Shown here: positions 8,319 through 17,849 of the stretch, piece after piece
Numbering within the stretch: the first letter of the stretch is position 1
Layout: each line of letters begins with the position of its first letter
Virus record (IMG/VR): IMGVR_UViG_3300029945_000001
Coordinates: 124,001-188,000 of that record
Strand: one strand, 5' to 3'
Length of the DNA: 64,000 nt
Made by a program: the position numbers and the translations under genes
Notes under the pieces: generated by a model
What the model was told of the DNA's origin: nothing
The model's input: only the letters and a program-made list of their open reading frames with translations
Databases searched by the model: none

Positions 8319-8665
8319 AGATGTATATGTGTGTCCATACATCTCAGCCAGTGTCATCTGATGATGATATTGGTAAATCTCCCACTGGGAGTGATCAATT
8401 GTCGATAGATCAAAAAACCAAAGAGTGTTAAGTCGACATTAACTCGATGGATCGTAATTTTCGTGAAGAGCTAGATGCGATAGCTTGTGGTGTAACTGGG
8501 ACATACAGAGCATGGCAACGCCTCTCGGTCACACTGCAAAATAAAGCTTCACGGAAAGTAACACTGAGGTCTTCTGTGCGGATTCCGGGACCGTCTCCTG
8601 CGGAAGCCAGACCTCCCCCAATCTGGTGTCTCTATCAAAAGAGATAGCCTCAGTGTTTTCTTCTT
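8319..8665 (+). ncRNA. Structured ~350-nt RNA or 5' leader
   Basis: Consecutive hairpins 8319-8344, 8348-8374, 8379-8390, 8423-8445, 8482-8548 and the 10-bp helix 8560-8569/8648-8657. Confidence 0.55.
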
Positions 8666-8693
8666 CCTCTCCAACAAAAGGACAATTTCTACC

Positions 8694-8939
8694 ATGAACG
8701 ACGCTCGTTATTCCCAACTGTGCTTCGATACAGCGGCAAAGATCAGAAGTGTTCTGCGTGCTGAAAACAAAACAATAAAACAATTGTCCATGGACATGAA
8801 GTGCGAAGTTTCCGATATTTTGGAACTTCTGTCCGAGCTCGACAAAGCAGACAAAGAAATAAATTTGTACAAAATCCAGGCTGTGTTCCTGGCACTCAAA
8901 TACGAGTATCGATTTACGTATGATGAGGCTGTTGCTTAA
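8694..8939 (+). CDS. Small putative HTH protein
   Basis: AAAGGA RBS; helical pattern TIKQLS.DM.CEVSDI.ELL. Confidence 0.55.
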   Translation: MNDARYSQLCFDTAAKIRSVLRAENKTIKQLSMDMKCEVSDILELLSELDKADKEINLYKIQAVFLALKYEYRFTYDEAVA

Positions 8940-9016
8940 ATTTAGCATCCGTTGTGTCTATGAGATGCTAATGCATCTCATAGATATTCTTTATTTTTTG
9001 TATTCAAAAATAAAAC

Positions 9017-9028
9017 AAATATATATTA
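9017..9028 (+). promoter_or_regulatory. Early promoter motif
   Basis: AAATATATATTA upstream of the NYN gene. Confidence 0.6.
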
Positions 9029-9090
9029 TTAAATTGAAGAAAATGTGCTTAACAGCATATCGGTTCAAATATATTCAGAGGAACAAGCAA

Positions 9091-10314
9091 ATGTCTAATA
9101 CGACCCTTATGGTTATTGATGGTGCTAATGTCACTAGTACTTGCATCTCTATCTACCCCAACAATCGTTTTGACTGGGATGTTATTCGTAGATACTTTGT
9201 TGATAACTACGATGTTGTGTTGTTTAATTATTACACATCTATTGTTACCGATGAAAACGGATACACAAAGAATCATGGCTTTTATCGTTGGTTGTCGACA
9301 AATGGATTTCGAATGATTACCAAAGATGCTAAGATCATCGTGGATCAGGCTACTGGAAGAACTATTATTAAAGGAAATATGGATCTTGATATCGCTTGCG
9401 ATACCTTGTCTATTAAAGGATATAAACGTGTTATTCTTGCGACGAATGATTCGGATTTTGTGAAGTTGGCAGACACCCTCTCCAAGCGCGGCGTCGTCCC
9501 TGTCTTTGCCGTGGTGAGTGGTCAGATCAGCCGCGAGATCATGTCGTCTGGATACGACCTCGTCGATCTGGCACAAATTTGCAATTTTAGACCGGAAGAA
9601 TCTTCTCTGCGTGGTGTGGTTGAGCAGCAGCGTAAAATGCTTGGTCGCGAATATACACGACATCCCGTGAATCAGACTAGAGATGTTTCGTTGTATCAAC
9701 AACAGAATAGTCGCCAGCCCGATAATGAGGAAGACATCGAAGATGAGTTTACAGTCTCCAATGTTTCTTCGACAGAAGATGCTGCCAGAATGTCGAATGC
9801 TCTTTATGTTCCTGGTATAGTTCGGACTGAGAGACTTGGTCCAGTGATGTTTCTGCGGAACGATGAGCATCGAGGTGATGTCGACGAAGATGGCGAAGAT
9901 GTCTTTCCGGTTGGCAGTAACTCTGTCGAAGAAAAGCCGACAGATATGCCTGAGGAAAAACAGGAGCCCGTCTCTAATGTTTCTTCTACTGAGGAAGCTC
10001 CGGCTCCTCGTAAATCCTCTGGCCGGCCGGCACCCATCGATATTCGTACATTGAATTTCGATAAAGATAACATCGAGACTGTTGTTGGAGCTCCTTCTCA
10101 GGATACTCAGATACAGACTTGGTGTAATTCTGGTGTGTTTGACAAGGACGGATACGAAGTCTGTATTACTGCGAGAAATACCGACGGAACTTTCGTGGTG
10201 AAATTCGAAGACGGGACGATCGAGACTGTAAGTCTCGGCATGTTGTTCATGCGTCGATATAACAAGTGGACACCGGCCAGTTTCTCAAAAGTTCAGTCCG
10301 TAATCGGAAAATAA
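9091..10314 (+). CDS. NYN (LabA/DUF88, PIN-like) domain protein with an acidic C-terminal extension
   Basis: IDGAN, KGNMDLDIACD and NDSDF catalytic motifs; GAGG RBS before the ATG at 9091. Confidence 0.85.
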   Translation: MSNTTLMVIDGANVTSTCISIYPNNRFDWDVIRRYFVDNYDVVLFNYYTSIVTDENGYTKNHGFYRWLSTNGFRMITKDAKIIVDQATGRTIIKGNMDLDIACDTLSIKGYKRVILATNDSDFVKLADTLSKRGVVPVFAVVSGQISREIMSSGYDLVDLAQICNFRPEESSLRGVVEQQRKMLGREYTRHPVNQTRDVSLYQQQNSRQPDNEEDIEDEFTVSNVSSTEDAARMSNALYVPGIVRTERLGPVMFLRNDEHRGDVDEDGEDVFPVGSNSVEEKPTDMPEEKQEPVSNVSSTEEAPAPRKSSGRPAPIDIRTLNFDKDNIETVVGAPSQDTQIQTWCNSGVFDKDGYEVCITARNTDGTFVVKFEDGTIETVSLGMLFMRRYNKWTPASFSKVQSVIGK

Positions 10315-10326
10315 CTATGGTGGCAC

Positions 10327-10354
10327 GGAGGAGTTTCCTTAAGGAAACTCCTCC
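10327..10354. terminator. Perfect 28-bp palindrome / terminator
   Basis: GGAGGAGTTTCCTTAAGGAAACTCCTCC. Confidence 0.7.
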
Positions 10355-10421
10355 ACTATCCCACTTAATAATTCTGTTAAAATTCTATAGATTTAAATAT
10401 TCTCAAAAGTAAGGAGGTTCG

Positions 10422-10661
10422 ATGATGTCAGATGATAAGATCACGGTTATCGTAAAACCAGATGCTGTCGGACAGATGGATGTCGAAGTACCAAAACATT
10501 TTAAAGATATAAGATATAGAAACGTTTCGGCCAGAACAAAAGATGATGAAGATAATGTTTTATTTTTATCATCTCATATGACGATAGTAAATACAGAACT
10601 AGTAAAATTCAGAGACATGAGCGAGTATGTTGACAGAGAACTCTATATACAATTTTTTTGA
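10422..10661 (+). CDS. Hypothetical protein
   Basis: Strong AAGGAGGT RBS. Confidence 0.7.
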   Translation: MMSDDKITVIVKPDAVGQMDVEVPKHFKDIRYRNVSARTKDDEDNVLFLSSHMTIVNTELVKFRDMSEYVDRELYIQFF

Positions 10662-10819
10662 AAAGATAAGAAGAGTTGGCTAGTGCCAACTCTTCTTACT
10701 TATATTTTTTAATGATTATTTTCACTGAATATTATTTGAGGCATATTTTGAACATACTTTAATATTGAGAACACCACATTTGTTGATGTTTTTCTGAGTT
10801 AAAAAGGATTTACCTAAAA

Positions 10820-11143
10820 ATGGCTATCTACGATTTCATCGATGCTCAAATCGCTCTGGCTAAAACACTCTTTGTAGAACTAGAATCTGATCTAAAAGGT
10901 ACTAATATATTTACTGATATTAATTCACGAGAATTTAAAAATTCTATTGATAAAGATATAGCAGATAAGATCAAAGCTATTGTCGATATTGTTTTAACAT
11001 ACTGTATTGGTTCTAAAGGCATTATTACTTTTCCATATATGTTTAAAAAAGATCTTGATATCACAATTAATTATCATAAGAAAGTAAATGGTTATCAGTA
11101 TTATGTTATCATGACAAAAGTAGGTCTTATCATTTTTGAATAA
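10820..11143 (+). CDS. Hypothetical protein
   Basis: 107-aa ORF with RBS. Confidence 0.7.
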   Translation: MAIYDFIDAQIALAKTLFVELESDLKGTNIFTDINSREFKNSIDKDIADKIKAIVDIVLTYCIGSKGIITFPYMFKKDLDITINYHKKVNGYQYYVIMTKVGLIIFE

Positions 11144-12107
11144 CAAACAAAAAACATGTATTGTGAGATCAGAGAAAATGCCAGAAATCACTACTTTATA
11201 TGTCGCGAGCGAAGAAGCAGAAAAGAAATATTCCTTTGAAGGTTCAGTTATTTCAATTGATAGTATTATTAATAGTCAAGATTTTTTAAGTCATCTAAAT
11301 AGTATTTATGAAAGAGATAAACATATTTTTAATAAGATGATAAATTTACCTATTTATAAATCATTTAAAAGTGAAGCTATTAATGTTTTTAATACTAAGG
11401 TTCATTCTCCTACTGCATACGACAAAGCTTCTGAATATGCGAATAAACTTGTTTCTAGTTATAGAAGAATACACAATAGAACTAAGTTAAGTTATGATAT
11501 CAATAAAGTTATTTTTTCATTTCTGTACCCTACTGGTGGTATTTTAAAAGAACTTTTGCATTATATCAGACAGCATTATTTTAAAGCTCAATTAGATCTT
11601 ATTGAAAATTTTAATGCACAATATAACTTTGAAGGAAACCGTATTATTGTTATATGTTATGATTTTGAAAAGTATAATCATTCTTTTGGTTTTGAAAAGA
11701 ACTACAAACGTATTAGATATGCATTAAGTCATAGTGGATTTCATACATATAGTTTGTGTAACTTTGATGATGTTTCGATAAAATCAAAATTGTTTGATAT
11801 GATGGCATTTAATAATAAAGATGCTAGTCATAAACAAGCTCTTATTATAGATAGATCGCACTTTATAACAAATGTTTTTGACTTCAAGAATGTTGATAAA
11901 GTTTATATCTTTGGAGAATCTACTGATAGCATTAAAAAGAACATAAATTTTGATAAATATAAAGATACGGAATTCATTAAAGTAGAATTTAAAAATGACG
12001 AAGAATTTATTAATTCTATCACAACAGATCCTCAAGAAATTATTGAATATTATAAGAAATCACTTGATTTTGAAAAGTTACATAAGCGCCTTATTATCAA
12101 TTCATAA
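11136..12107 (+). CDS. Hypothetical protein
   Basis: 323-aa ORF; start uncertain. Confidence 0.7.
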   Translation: MNNKQKTCIVRSEKMPEITTLYVASEEAEKKYSFEGSVISIDSIINSQDFLSHLNSIYERDKHIFNKMINLPIYKSFKSEAINVFNTKVHSPTAYDKASEYANKLVSSYRRIHNRTKLSYDINKVIFSFLYPTGGILKELLHYIRQHYFKAQLDLIENFNAQYNFEGNRIIVICYDFEKYNHSFGFEKNYKRIRYALSHSGFHTYSLCNFDDVSIKSKLFDMMAFNNKDASHKQALIIDRSHFITNVFDFKNVDKVYIFGESTDSIKKNINFDKYKDTEFIKVEFKNDEEFINSITTDPQEIIEYYKKSLDFEKLHKRLIINS

Positions 12108-12119
12108 CGTTTATTATGA

Positions 12120-12581
12120 ATGCATACAGAACGAGAAAGAAATATCTTAAAAGAGAATAAATTACCATTCTTGGTATCTATAAGTATTCGTGATTATATT
12201 AAGAAATTGGATAAAAACATCCCTATTGTATTTAAAGAATATGCTAACAATATTTTAAAATCCATAAAGGATAGTAAAAATAATAAATTCATAAAAGTGT
12301 TTTCAACATACATAGAACCAGTAGATATTTTAGAAACAAAATTTAGGATAGATATCGCTAGAAAGATAGAACAAAATATAAGGTTAAATTTATTTAGGTA
12401 TAAGAAAAGAATAGTCATTATCGAATATAAATCACCATATTTTTATAGAGAATATTATTTATGTTTTAAACCATTAAATATATTTAATAGAATTAAGATA
12501 ATAATAAAGTTTAAAAAATATTCACGTATATATTACATAAATGAAGATGGATCTGAAGGACAATTCAAACTGTTCTTTTAA
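12120..12581 (+). CDS. Hypothetical basic protein
   Basis: 153-aa ORF. Confidence 0.6.
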   Translation: MHTERERNILKENKLPFLVSISIRDYIKKLDKNIPIVFKEYANNILKSIKDSKNNKFIKVFSTYIEPVDILETKFRIDIARKIEQNIRLNLFRYKKRIVIIEYKSPYFYREYYLCFKPLNIFNRIKIIIKFKKYSRIYYINEDGSEGQFKLFF

Positions 12582-12689
12582 TCTGTCTTTTAAGTTATTT
12601 TGAATACCTTGCCATGGAGAGTGAAGAAGACAACATCTTCTTCACTTCTCCTAGCTATTGTTTTTTATAGATTTCAATGACATTACCCT

Positions 12690-12699
12690 TATATATTAC
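12690..12699 (+). promoter_or_regulatory. Early promoter motif TATATATTAC
   Basis: Recurrent motif after a terminator. Confidence 0.6.
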
Positions 12700-12757
12700 T
12701 AGAAGTAGTAGACTTCGGTCATAAACTAAAGACAAGACAGAAGAGGAGAATTTTGAT

Positions 12758-13225
12758 ATGGTTGAACCTGTATATTCTTCTTCGCCCATTACTATTGTTT
12801 GTGGTGGAGGAGATGGTGGCAGTGTTCTTGGTTATTGTGATATTGGAGTAAATGATATTTACGCTACTTTTGCTACTAAACATATTACTAAAGTAGTAGA
12901 CTTTGGATACTATATTAGAATTGGTAACCATTATAATCCGTATTTTGAAAAAGATGTAATTGTAAATATTGATGACTATGTCAGAGATAAAGAGAATGTT
13001 AAAGTTGTAAATTCATTAACAGATGCAGATAAGGTAAATACTTGGTATAAACTAAAAGACAGTTTTTATTTTAAGAATATTGAAGATGTTATTAGTCCTA
13101 GTATGATATCTTCGATTTATATCGATAATATCTTTAATAAATTTGATCGTGATATGGACAAGATGAGAGATCGTATTAATTATCGTATTCGTAAAGCTTG
13201 TAATAATATTAAGCAATTTAAATAA
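12758..13225 (+). CDS. Hypothetical protein
   Basis: GAGGAG RBS, 155 aa. Confidence 0.7.
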   Translation: MVEPVYSSSPITIVCGGGDGGSVLGYCDIGVNDIYATFATKHITKVVDFGYYIRIGNHYNPYFEKDVIVNIDDYVRDKENVKVVNSLTDADKVNTWYKLKDSFYFKNIEDVISPSMISSIYIDNIFNKFDRDMDKMRDRINYRIRKACNNIKQFK

Positions 13226-13226
13226 G

Positions 13227-14003
13227 ATGAGTAAAACTGCCGAGATAACAGCATTGGGTATTAATAATTGTTTTTCATTTAAAGAAGGAAGTTATCATAG
13301 CCACATGTTATTGAAATGTAATGATGAATATGGTCTTATCGACTGCCCTATGGATGTTAGATATACATTGGGTAAAAGAGGATTGTCTTTTAAAGATATT
13401 AAATATATTTTCTTAACACATTGTCATATGGACAACATTGCCGCTTTAGAATTATTTGCTTTTTCAAATAGATTTTGTGGTGGTAATACTAAAATTATTA
13501 CATCAAAAGAATTAATTAATACATTAACTATTCCCGGTTTAAGAGTTACAAATAATTCTAATAGAATACAAACTATTTATGATTATTTTGATATTATTTT
13601 TTATGATGATATAGAATGTTTTGTATTTAATGATTTGATTATTGATAGTTTTGAACTACCACATGTATCATCTCCTAATAACAAATTTAATGTTATGTCA
13701 AATGCTATAAGAATTTGTAATGTGAGTACAAAAAATAGAATTTTCTATACTGGTGATTATAACTTGACAGATGATCTATATAGATTATTACTGTCGAATA
13801 TATTTGATGGTGTTGATATTATATTTAGTGAAGTTGAATTTGGAAATCCATCTGGTGTGCATGCTAATGTTCAAGATATTAAAAGATTATTTAGTGAAGA
13901 TCATATTAAAAAATCATATTTTTATCATTATGACGAAATGTATAATAGAGAGATTCGTGATGATATACAACTATTGCAAAAAGGTAAGGTTATCTCATTT
14001 TAA
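13227..14003 (+). CDS. MBL-fold metallohydrolase, Apyc1-like cyclic-nucleotide phosphodiesterase candidate
   Basis: LIDC, THCHMD, LELFAF, DYFD, FYTGD, SGVHA and HY motifs. Confidence 0.75.
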   Translation: MSKTAEITALGINNCFSFKEGSYHSHMLLKCNDEYGLIDCPMDVRYTLGKRGLSFKDIKYIFLTHCHMDNIAALELFAFSNRFCGGNTKIITSKELINTLTIPGLRVTNNSNRIQTIYDYFDIIFYDDIECFVFNDLIIDSFELPHVSSPNNKFNVMSNAIRICNVSTKNRIFYTGDYNLTDDLYRLLLSNIFDGVDIIFSEVEFGNPSGVHANVQDIKRLFSEDHIKKSYFYHYDEMYNREIRDDIQLLQKGKVISF

Positions 14004-14042
14004 ATATTTTTTTCTTTTTCCAAAAGTATCAGGGGGAACACC

Positions 14043-14855
14043 ATGTTCATTACGATCGAAGGACCGGACAGGGTTGGAAAAAGTACCTTGTCGAAAGGTT
14101 TGCGTGTATATATAGGTGATAAATTTAGAATATATCATCCGAATGGGCCTTGGGAAGTTCATGATTATTTTTTACATCATAGAGATTTTATTCCTGTTAG
14201 AGAACCTGGTACTACGAAAGAAGCTGAAGCAATACGAAGTTTATTATTAAATAATGATATTGATTTAAATTTTGATAATACAACGGAATTCTTATTGTTT
14301 ATGGCGTGTAGAAACGAATTGAATAAAAAGATTCTTAAAAATTCCAATAGTAGAATTATTATGAGCGATCGTTACGATCTTTCTACATTTGTATATCAAT
14401 GTGTTGTTGGCAAACTATCTATAGATTTCTTTAGATATATGAGTACTATGATGTTCTTTAAGATTCCAGAAATTACTATTCTCTTATGTCCCATGGGCAA
14501 TGATAGCAATTTTATTAAAAGATTATCTCCAGATAAGAATAAGTTTGATAATAATACAACTGAAGATAAATTTGAAAATAGAGGTCTCCAATATCAATTA
14601 GATATTTTAGAAGGATATAGAAATATTGTTAAGTATAATGTTGAAGGGTTCATTGATGAAACTGAATTAAATACATTTAATCATCATAAATTTAAGTTTC
14701 AAGATAATAGAAAGTTTATTTTTGTTGATACGACCAATAAATCGGAAGAAGAGATTTATCAAGAAACTTTATATAAATTAGATACATATTTTCAAGAAGT
14801 ACTTGGTTGCGATATCGATACATTTATTAAGAATAAGAATTATGTCCAAGATTAA
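14043..14855 (+). CDS. tmk: Thymidylate (dTMP) kinase
   Basis: FITIEGPDRVGKST P-loop, REPG, LLF.A.R, SDRY..S..YQ, D.FE. Confidence 0.92.
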   Translation: MFITIEGPDRVGKSTLSKGLRVYIGDKFRIYHPNGPWEVHDYFLHHRDFIPVREPGTTKEAEAIRSLLLNNDIDLNFDNTTEFLLFMACRNELNKKILKNSNSRIIMSDRYDLSTFVYQCVVGKLSIDFFRYMSTMMFFKIPEITILLCPMGNDSNFIKRLSPDKNKFDNNTTEDKFENRGLQYQLDILEGYRNIVKYNVEGFIDETELNTFNHHKFKFQDNRKFIFVDTTNKSEEEIYQETLYKLDTYFQEVLGCDIDTFIKNKNYVQD

Positions 14856-14900
14856 ATTAAAATATTATATGTATAATCCCTTCTGATCGGATGAGAACTC

Positions 14901-15122
14901 ATGTCAATTCACATTGCTAAAGATCCTCAGGAAATAATAACGAACCGTAATCTTGAACAGATACGAAAAACATCAGCTAAACTAATGATAGAATCTGATA
15001 CTGATGTATGCATTGTTTGTGGTAAAGATATCACTGCTCGTAAATCTTTCATTCCTGCTGCTAAGCGATGTGTTGATTGTGAAGAAACTTATCAGAAATC
15101 TCGCAATAACAAAAGATGGTGA
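14901..15122 (+). CDS. TraR/DksA C4-type zinc-finger protein
   Basis: CIVCGKDI..R....P.A.RCVDCE. Confidence 0.85.
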   Translation: MSIHIAKDPQEIITNRNLEQIRKTSAKLMIESDTDVCIVCGKDITARKSFIPAAKRCVDCEETYQKSRNNKRW

Positions 15123-15134
15123 TGTGGCCATTTT

Positions 15135-15176
15135 AACAGATGAGAACAGTCACCTAGGTGACTGTTCTCATCTGTT
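15135..15176. repeat. Perfect 42-bp palindrome (terminator-like)
   Basis: AACAGATGAGAACAGTCACCTAGGTGACTGTTCTCATCTGTT. Confidence 0.85.
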
Positions 15177-15326
15177 CTATATCTTATAGATCTTTTTTCT
15201 CTCTGCCATTTTTTGCAGGCCCAAGAGAAAGAGGTCTTTGAGATGGGGTTTCCCCCCTTGGCCACATCTCTTATTTTGTGTCGAGTATATTTCACGTCGA
15301 AGTCCCTTTTAACTCCGTCGAAACTG

Positions 15327-15361
15327 AGAGACAGCTGGGATATCCCAGCTGTCTCTTTTTT
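15327..15361 (+). terminator. Perfect 30-bp palindrome plus T tract
   Basis: AGAGACAGCTGGGATATCCCAGCTGTCTCT-TTTTT. Confidence 0.75.
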
Positions 15362-15415
15362 ATATATAAAACCATTGTATGAAAATCTTGTTATACATAT
15401 CACAAGAGACTTTAC

Positions 15416-15937
15416 ATGGAGCACCAGGATCTCCCATGGAGCATAGTAGCCCATGATGTATTATTAGAAGTTCTAAAAAACTTTAATTCGAGTAGTCAGA
15501 TAGTTCAAATTGTTTCTATTATATCACTTGTTGTTATTTTTTGTATTAGTATGTTTTTTATGGGTAGAGTAAAAGATATTATTATGATCCTTGTGGATAA
15601 AAATAATAATAAACAAGATGACATATATGAAGATGATGAAGATAACCCAATGTCTAGAAAGTATATTAAATCTAGACGTGGCGATGATGCTGATTTTATA
15701 GAAAGAAAAAATGAAGAAAATAATAATCTTAATCCTATGTTATTGATATCACATATGAGTGAAGAATACAATAGACAGTTTTCTTCATTAGTTGAATCAA
15801 ATGAAAGATTAGCAAAAGTTGTTGATAGACTTTCTGATAAAGTAGAAAAGATTTCAGATAGATTAGATAAGAATATTACCTGTCCTCACGAAACACCTAT
15901 TTGTGCTCAATTTGCACAACCTGAAAGGAAACCATAA
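15416..15937 (+). CDS. Single-pass membrane protein with a C-terminal coiled coil
   Basis: IVQIVSIISLVVIFCISMFFM transmembrane segment; heptad-like C-terminus. Confidence 0.65.
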   Translation: MEHQDLPWSIVAHDVLLEVLKNFNSSSQIVQIVSIISLVVIFCISMFFMGRVKDIIMILVDKNNNKQDDIYEDDEDNPMSRKYIKSRRGDDADFIERKNEENNNLNPMLLISHMSEEYNRQFSSLVESNERLAKVVDRLSDKVEKISDRLDKNITCPHETPICAQFAQPERKP

Positions 15938-16953
15938 TGTTTGCTAAAGGTAATCCTCACATTACACATAAGAAAGAAGTTGCTGTTGTTAAAGAAGATA
16001 CTTCATCAATGTCATTTGCTTTAGAGAATTTACTAATGAACATGAACTCTGAAAAAGTCATTTCTTCAAAAGTTGATACTCATTTAAGTAATATTAAATC
16101 TTTATGTTATGGTCTTGAGAGAATGTCAGAAGTAAGAGATATTATTTCTGAACATGGCGTTAACAAATCATTTTTAAGTTATATTAATAAAGAAAATTGT
16201 TTAACGAATCTGGTTCCCCAAATTCCTTCCTTAGAGAATTTTACATTTGATATGTCTAAGAATAAATCACAGCACGTTGTTGATGGTTTAGAGGCTTATA
16301 TTAAATATAAGAATAATGAATTAGAGGCTGCTACTGAAGGTTTATTTAAAGATTTTAGTATATGGATTTTGAAGATGGTTAATAAGGTTAAACATGCTCA
16401 GGCTTGTATCGATGAAGCTTATAAGAAAACAGAACATAAGAAGTATGATACTGAAAGAGCTAAGACTATAAAAGTAGAAGCTATTGATTATCACAAACTT
16501 ATGAAGATCATTGAGAATTGTGGTAAAGCTCCTGATATTGCAATTCGTTTAATCGAAACATTAAAGCCTTCAGAGTCTTTTAATAATAATGATGTTAGAC
16601 ATATGGAAAATAAGATAGAAGAAGAATTTAATCATATCCTAAAATCACTTAATATTGATATTCATGGAGCGACTATTAAAGGCGATGGTATTACAAGTTC
16701 TGGTACCTGGAATAGTTTTGGATATTCAGAACATAGTATTAAATCTATAATCGAACATCTTAATAAAACAGTTCATAACTTTAGTAAGTTCAATACAGTT
16801 GTTGAGAAGATTATTGCTGCTAAGAACAAAGATTATGCTCGGCATTATTCTGAGTTAGTCGATCATATGAAACGTCTTATTAATACTATCTATGAACATT
16901 GTATTCATCTGTCTATGCTTATTATTGTAAAACTTTCTCATAATTACAACTAA
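15937..16953 (+). CDS. Putative internal head (virion) protein
   Basis: Several S/A/G-X-E prohead protease motifs (ALE, GLE, SLE, GLE, ATE) in the N-terminal third, as in phiKZ head proteins. Confidence 0.7.
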   Translation: MFAKGNPHITHKKEVAVVKEDTSSMSFALENLLMNMNSEKVISSKVDTHLSNIKSLCYGLERMSEVRDIISEHGVNKSFLSYINKENCLTNLVPQIPSLENFTFDMSKNKSQHVVDGLEAYIKYKNNELEAATEGLFKDFSIWILKMVNKVKHAQACIDEAYKKTEHKKYDTERAKTIKVEAIDYHKLMKIIENCGKAPDIAIRLIETLKPSESFNNNDVRHMENKIEEEFNHILKSLNIDIHGATIKGDGITSSGTWNSFGYSEHSIKSIIEHLNKTVHNFSKFNTVVEKIIAAKNKDYARHYSELVDHMKRLINTIYEHCIHLSMLIIVKLSHNYN

Positions 16954-17011
16954 ATATAAAATTAAATCAAATAGACATAGTGTAGATCTTTTACACAAGA
17001 GAGACTGCGCT

Positions 17012-17776
17012 ATGTCTAATAATGGACTCGTGAGTGTTTGGGCAGAAATGCCCAATGATAAACAAGAAAGTGACAGTGCTGAAATGAATACATTAGCGAA
17101 TGAAGAAACAACCGATCGCGAAGTTGTCGATAAAGAAGTTATTGTTGAATGGCCTGTTGTTATTGAAGACGATTCTGAAGAAGAACTTGTTGATGAAAAT
17201 GTTGTAACTGAAATTACACATTTAGATGTATCAGATTGTGAAATAATTTATAAATCTCCTTCTGATATATCTAAAACAGTAATAGACCTTCCTGAAGTTT
17301 GGACGAATGGTAGTTCTAAAGAAGATAAATTAATCTTGAGTGAAATTAATCCTATTGAAGAAGATAAATCAGCTGAAGACATTGCTACTGAATTTCCTTT
17401 AAGTGATTTCATATATGAAGATGATGGATTTGGAAAAGCTCAGTCGTCATTAGATGGCCCTTCTCCTTCTATTATCGAAAAGACTGTTACAACCGGACTT
17501 GGTATTTTTGAAGGATCTACTAGAATTAATGGTCTTAATGAAGCACAGACTGTTGCTGTTAGAGAAATTGCAAAGATACATCAGAAGCTATATATTGAAA
17601 TGGCAACTATGTGTAAAGATATGGAATCTATTATTAATACTCTTATTAATATGTCAGAACTTCCAAAAGATATGGTCCCTTGCAATGCGGTTCATTTTAG
17701 ACATCTCATCGAAAAACACCCACTATTCTTTAAGTTTAGAAAGACTGCTAAACTAAAAGGACGTGTTGGTAAATAA
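17012..17776 (+). CDS. Acidic hypothetical protein
   Basis: 254-aa D/E-rich ORF. Confidence 0.7.
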   Translation: MSNNGLVSVWAEMPNDKQESDSAEMNTLANEETTDREVVDKEVIVEWPVVIEDDSEEELVDENVVTEITHLDVSDCEIIYKSPSDISKTVIDLPEVWTNGSSKEDKLILSEINPIEEDKSAEDIATEFPLSDFIYEDDGFGKAQSSLDGPSPSIIEKTVTTGLGIFEGSTRINGLNEAQTVAVREIAKIHQKLYIEMATMCKDMESIINTLINMSELPKDMVPCNAVHFRHLIEKHPLFFKFRKTAKLKGRVGK

Positions 17777-17849
17777 TAATATAGAGAAATGGCAATCTAG
17801 ATTGCTACTCTGTTGTATGCATCCAACAACTTCTTCAAGGAAATTTACG

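Noticed and set aside
8920-9090. N-terminal extension of the NYN ORF
   Set aside because: Spans a terminator-like hairpin and a promoter motif; the RBS supports the ATG at 9091
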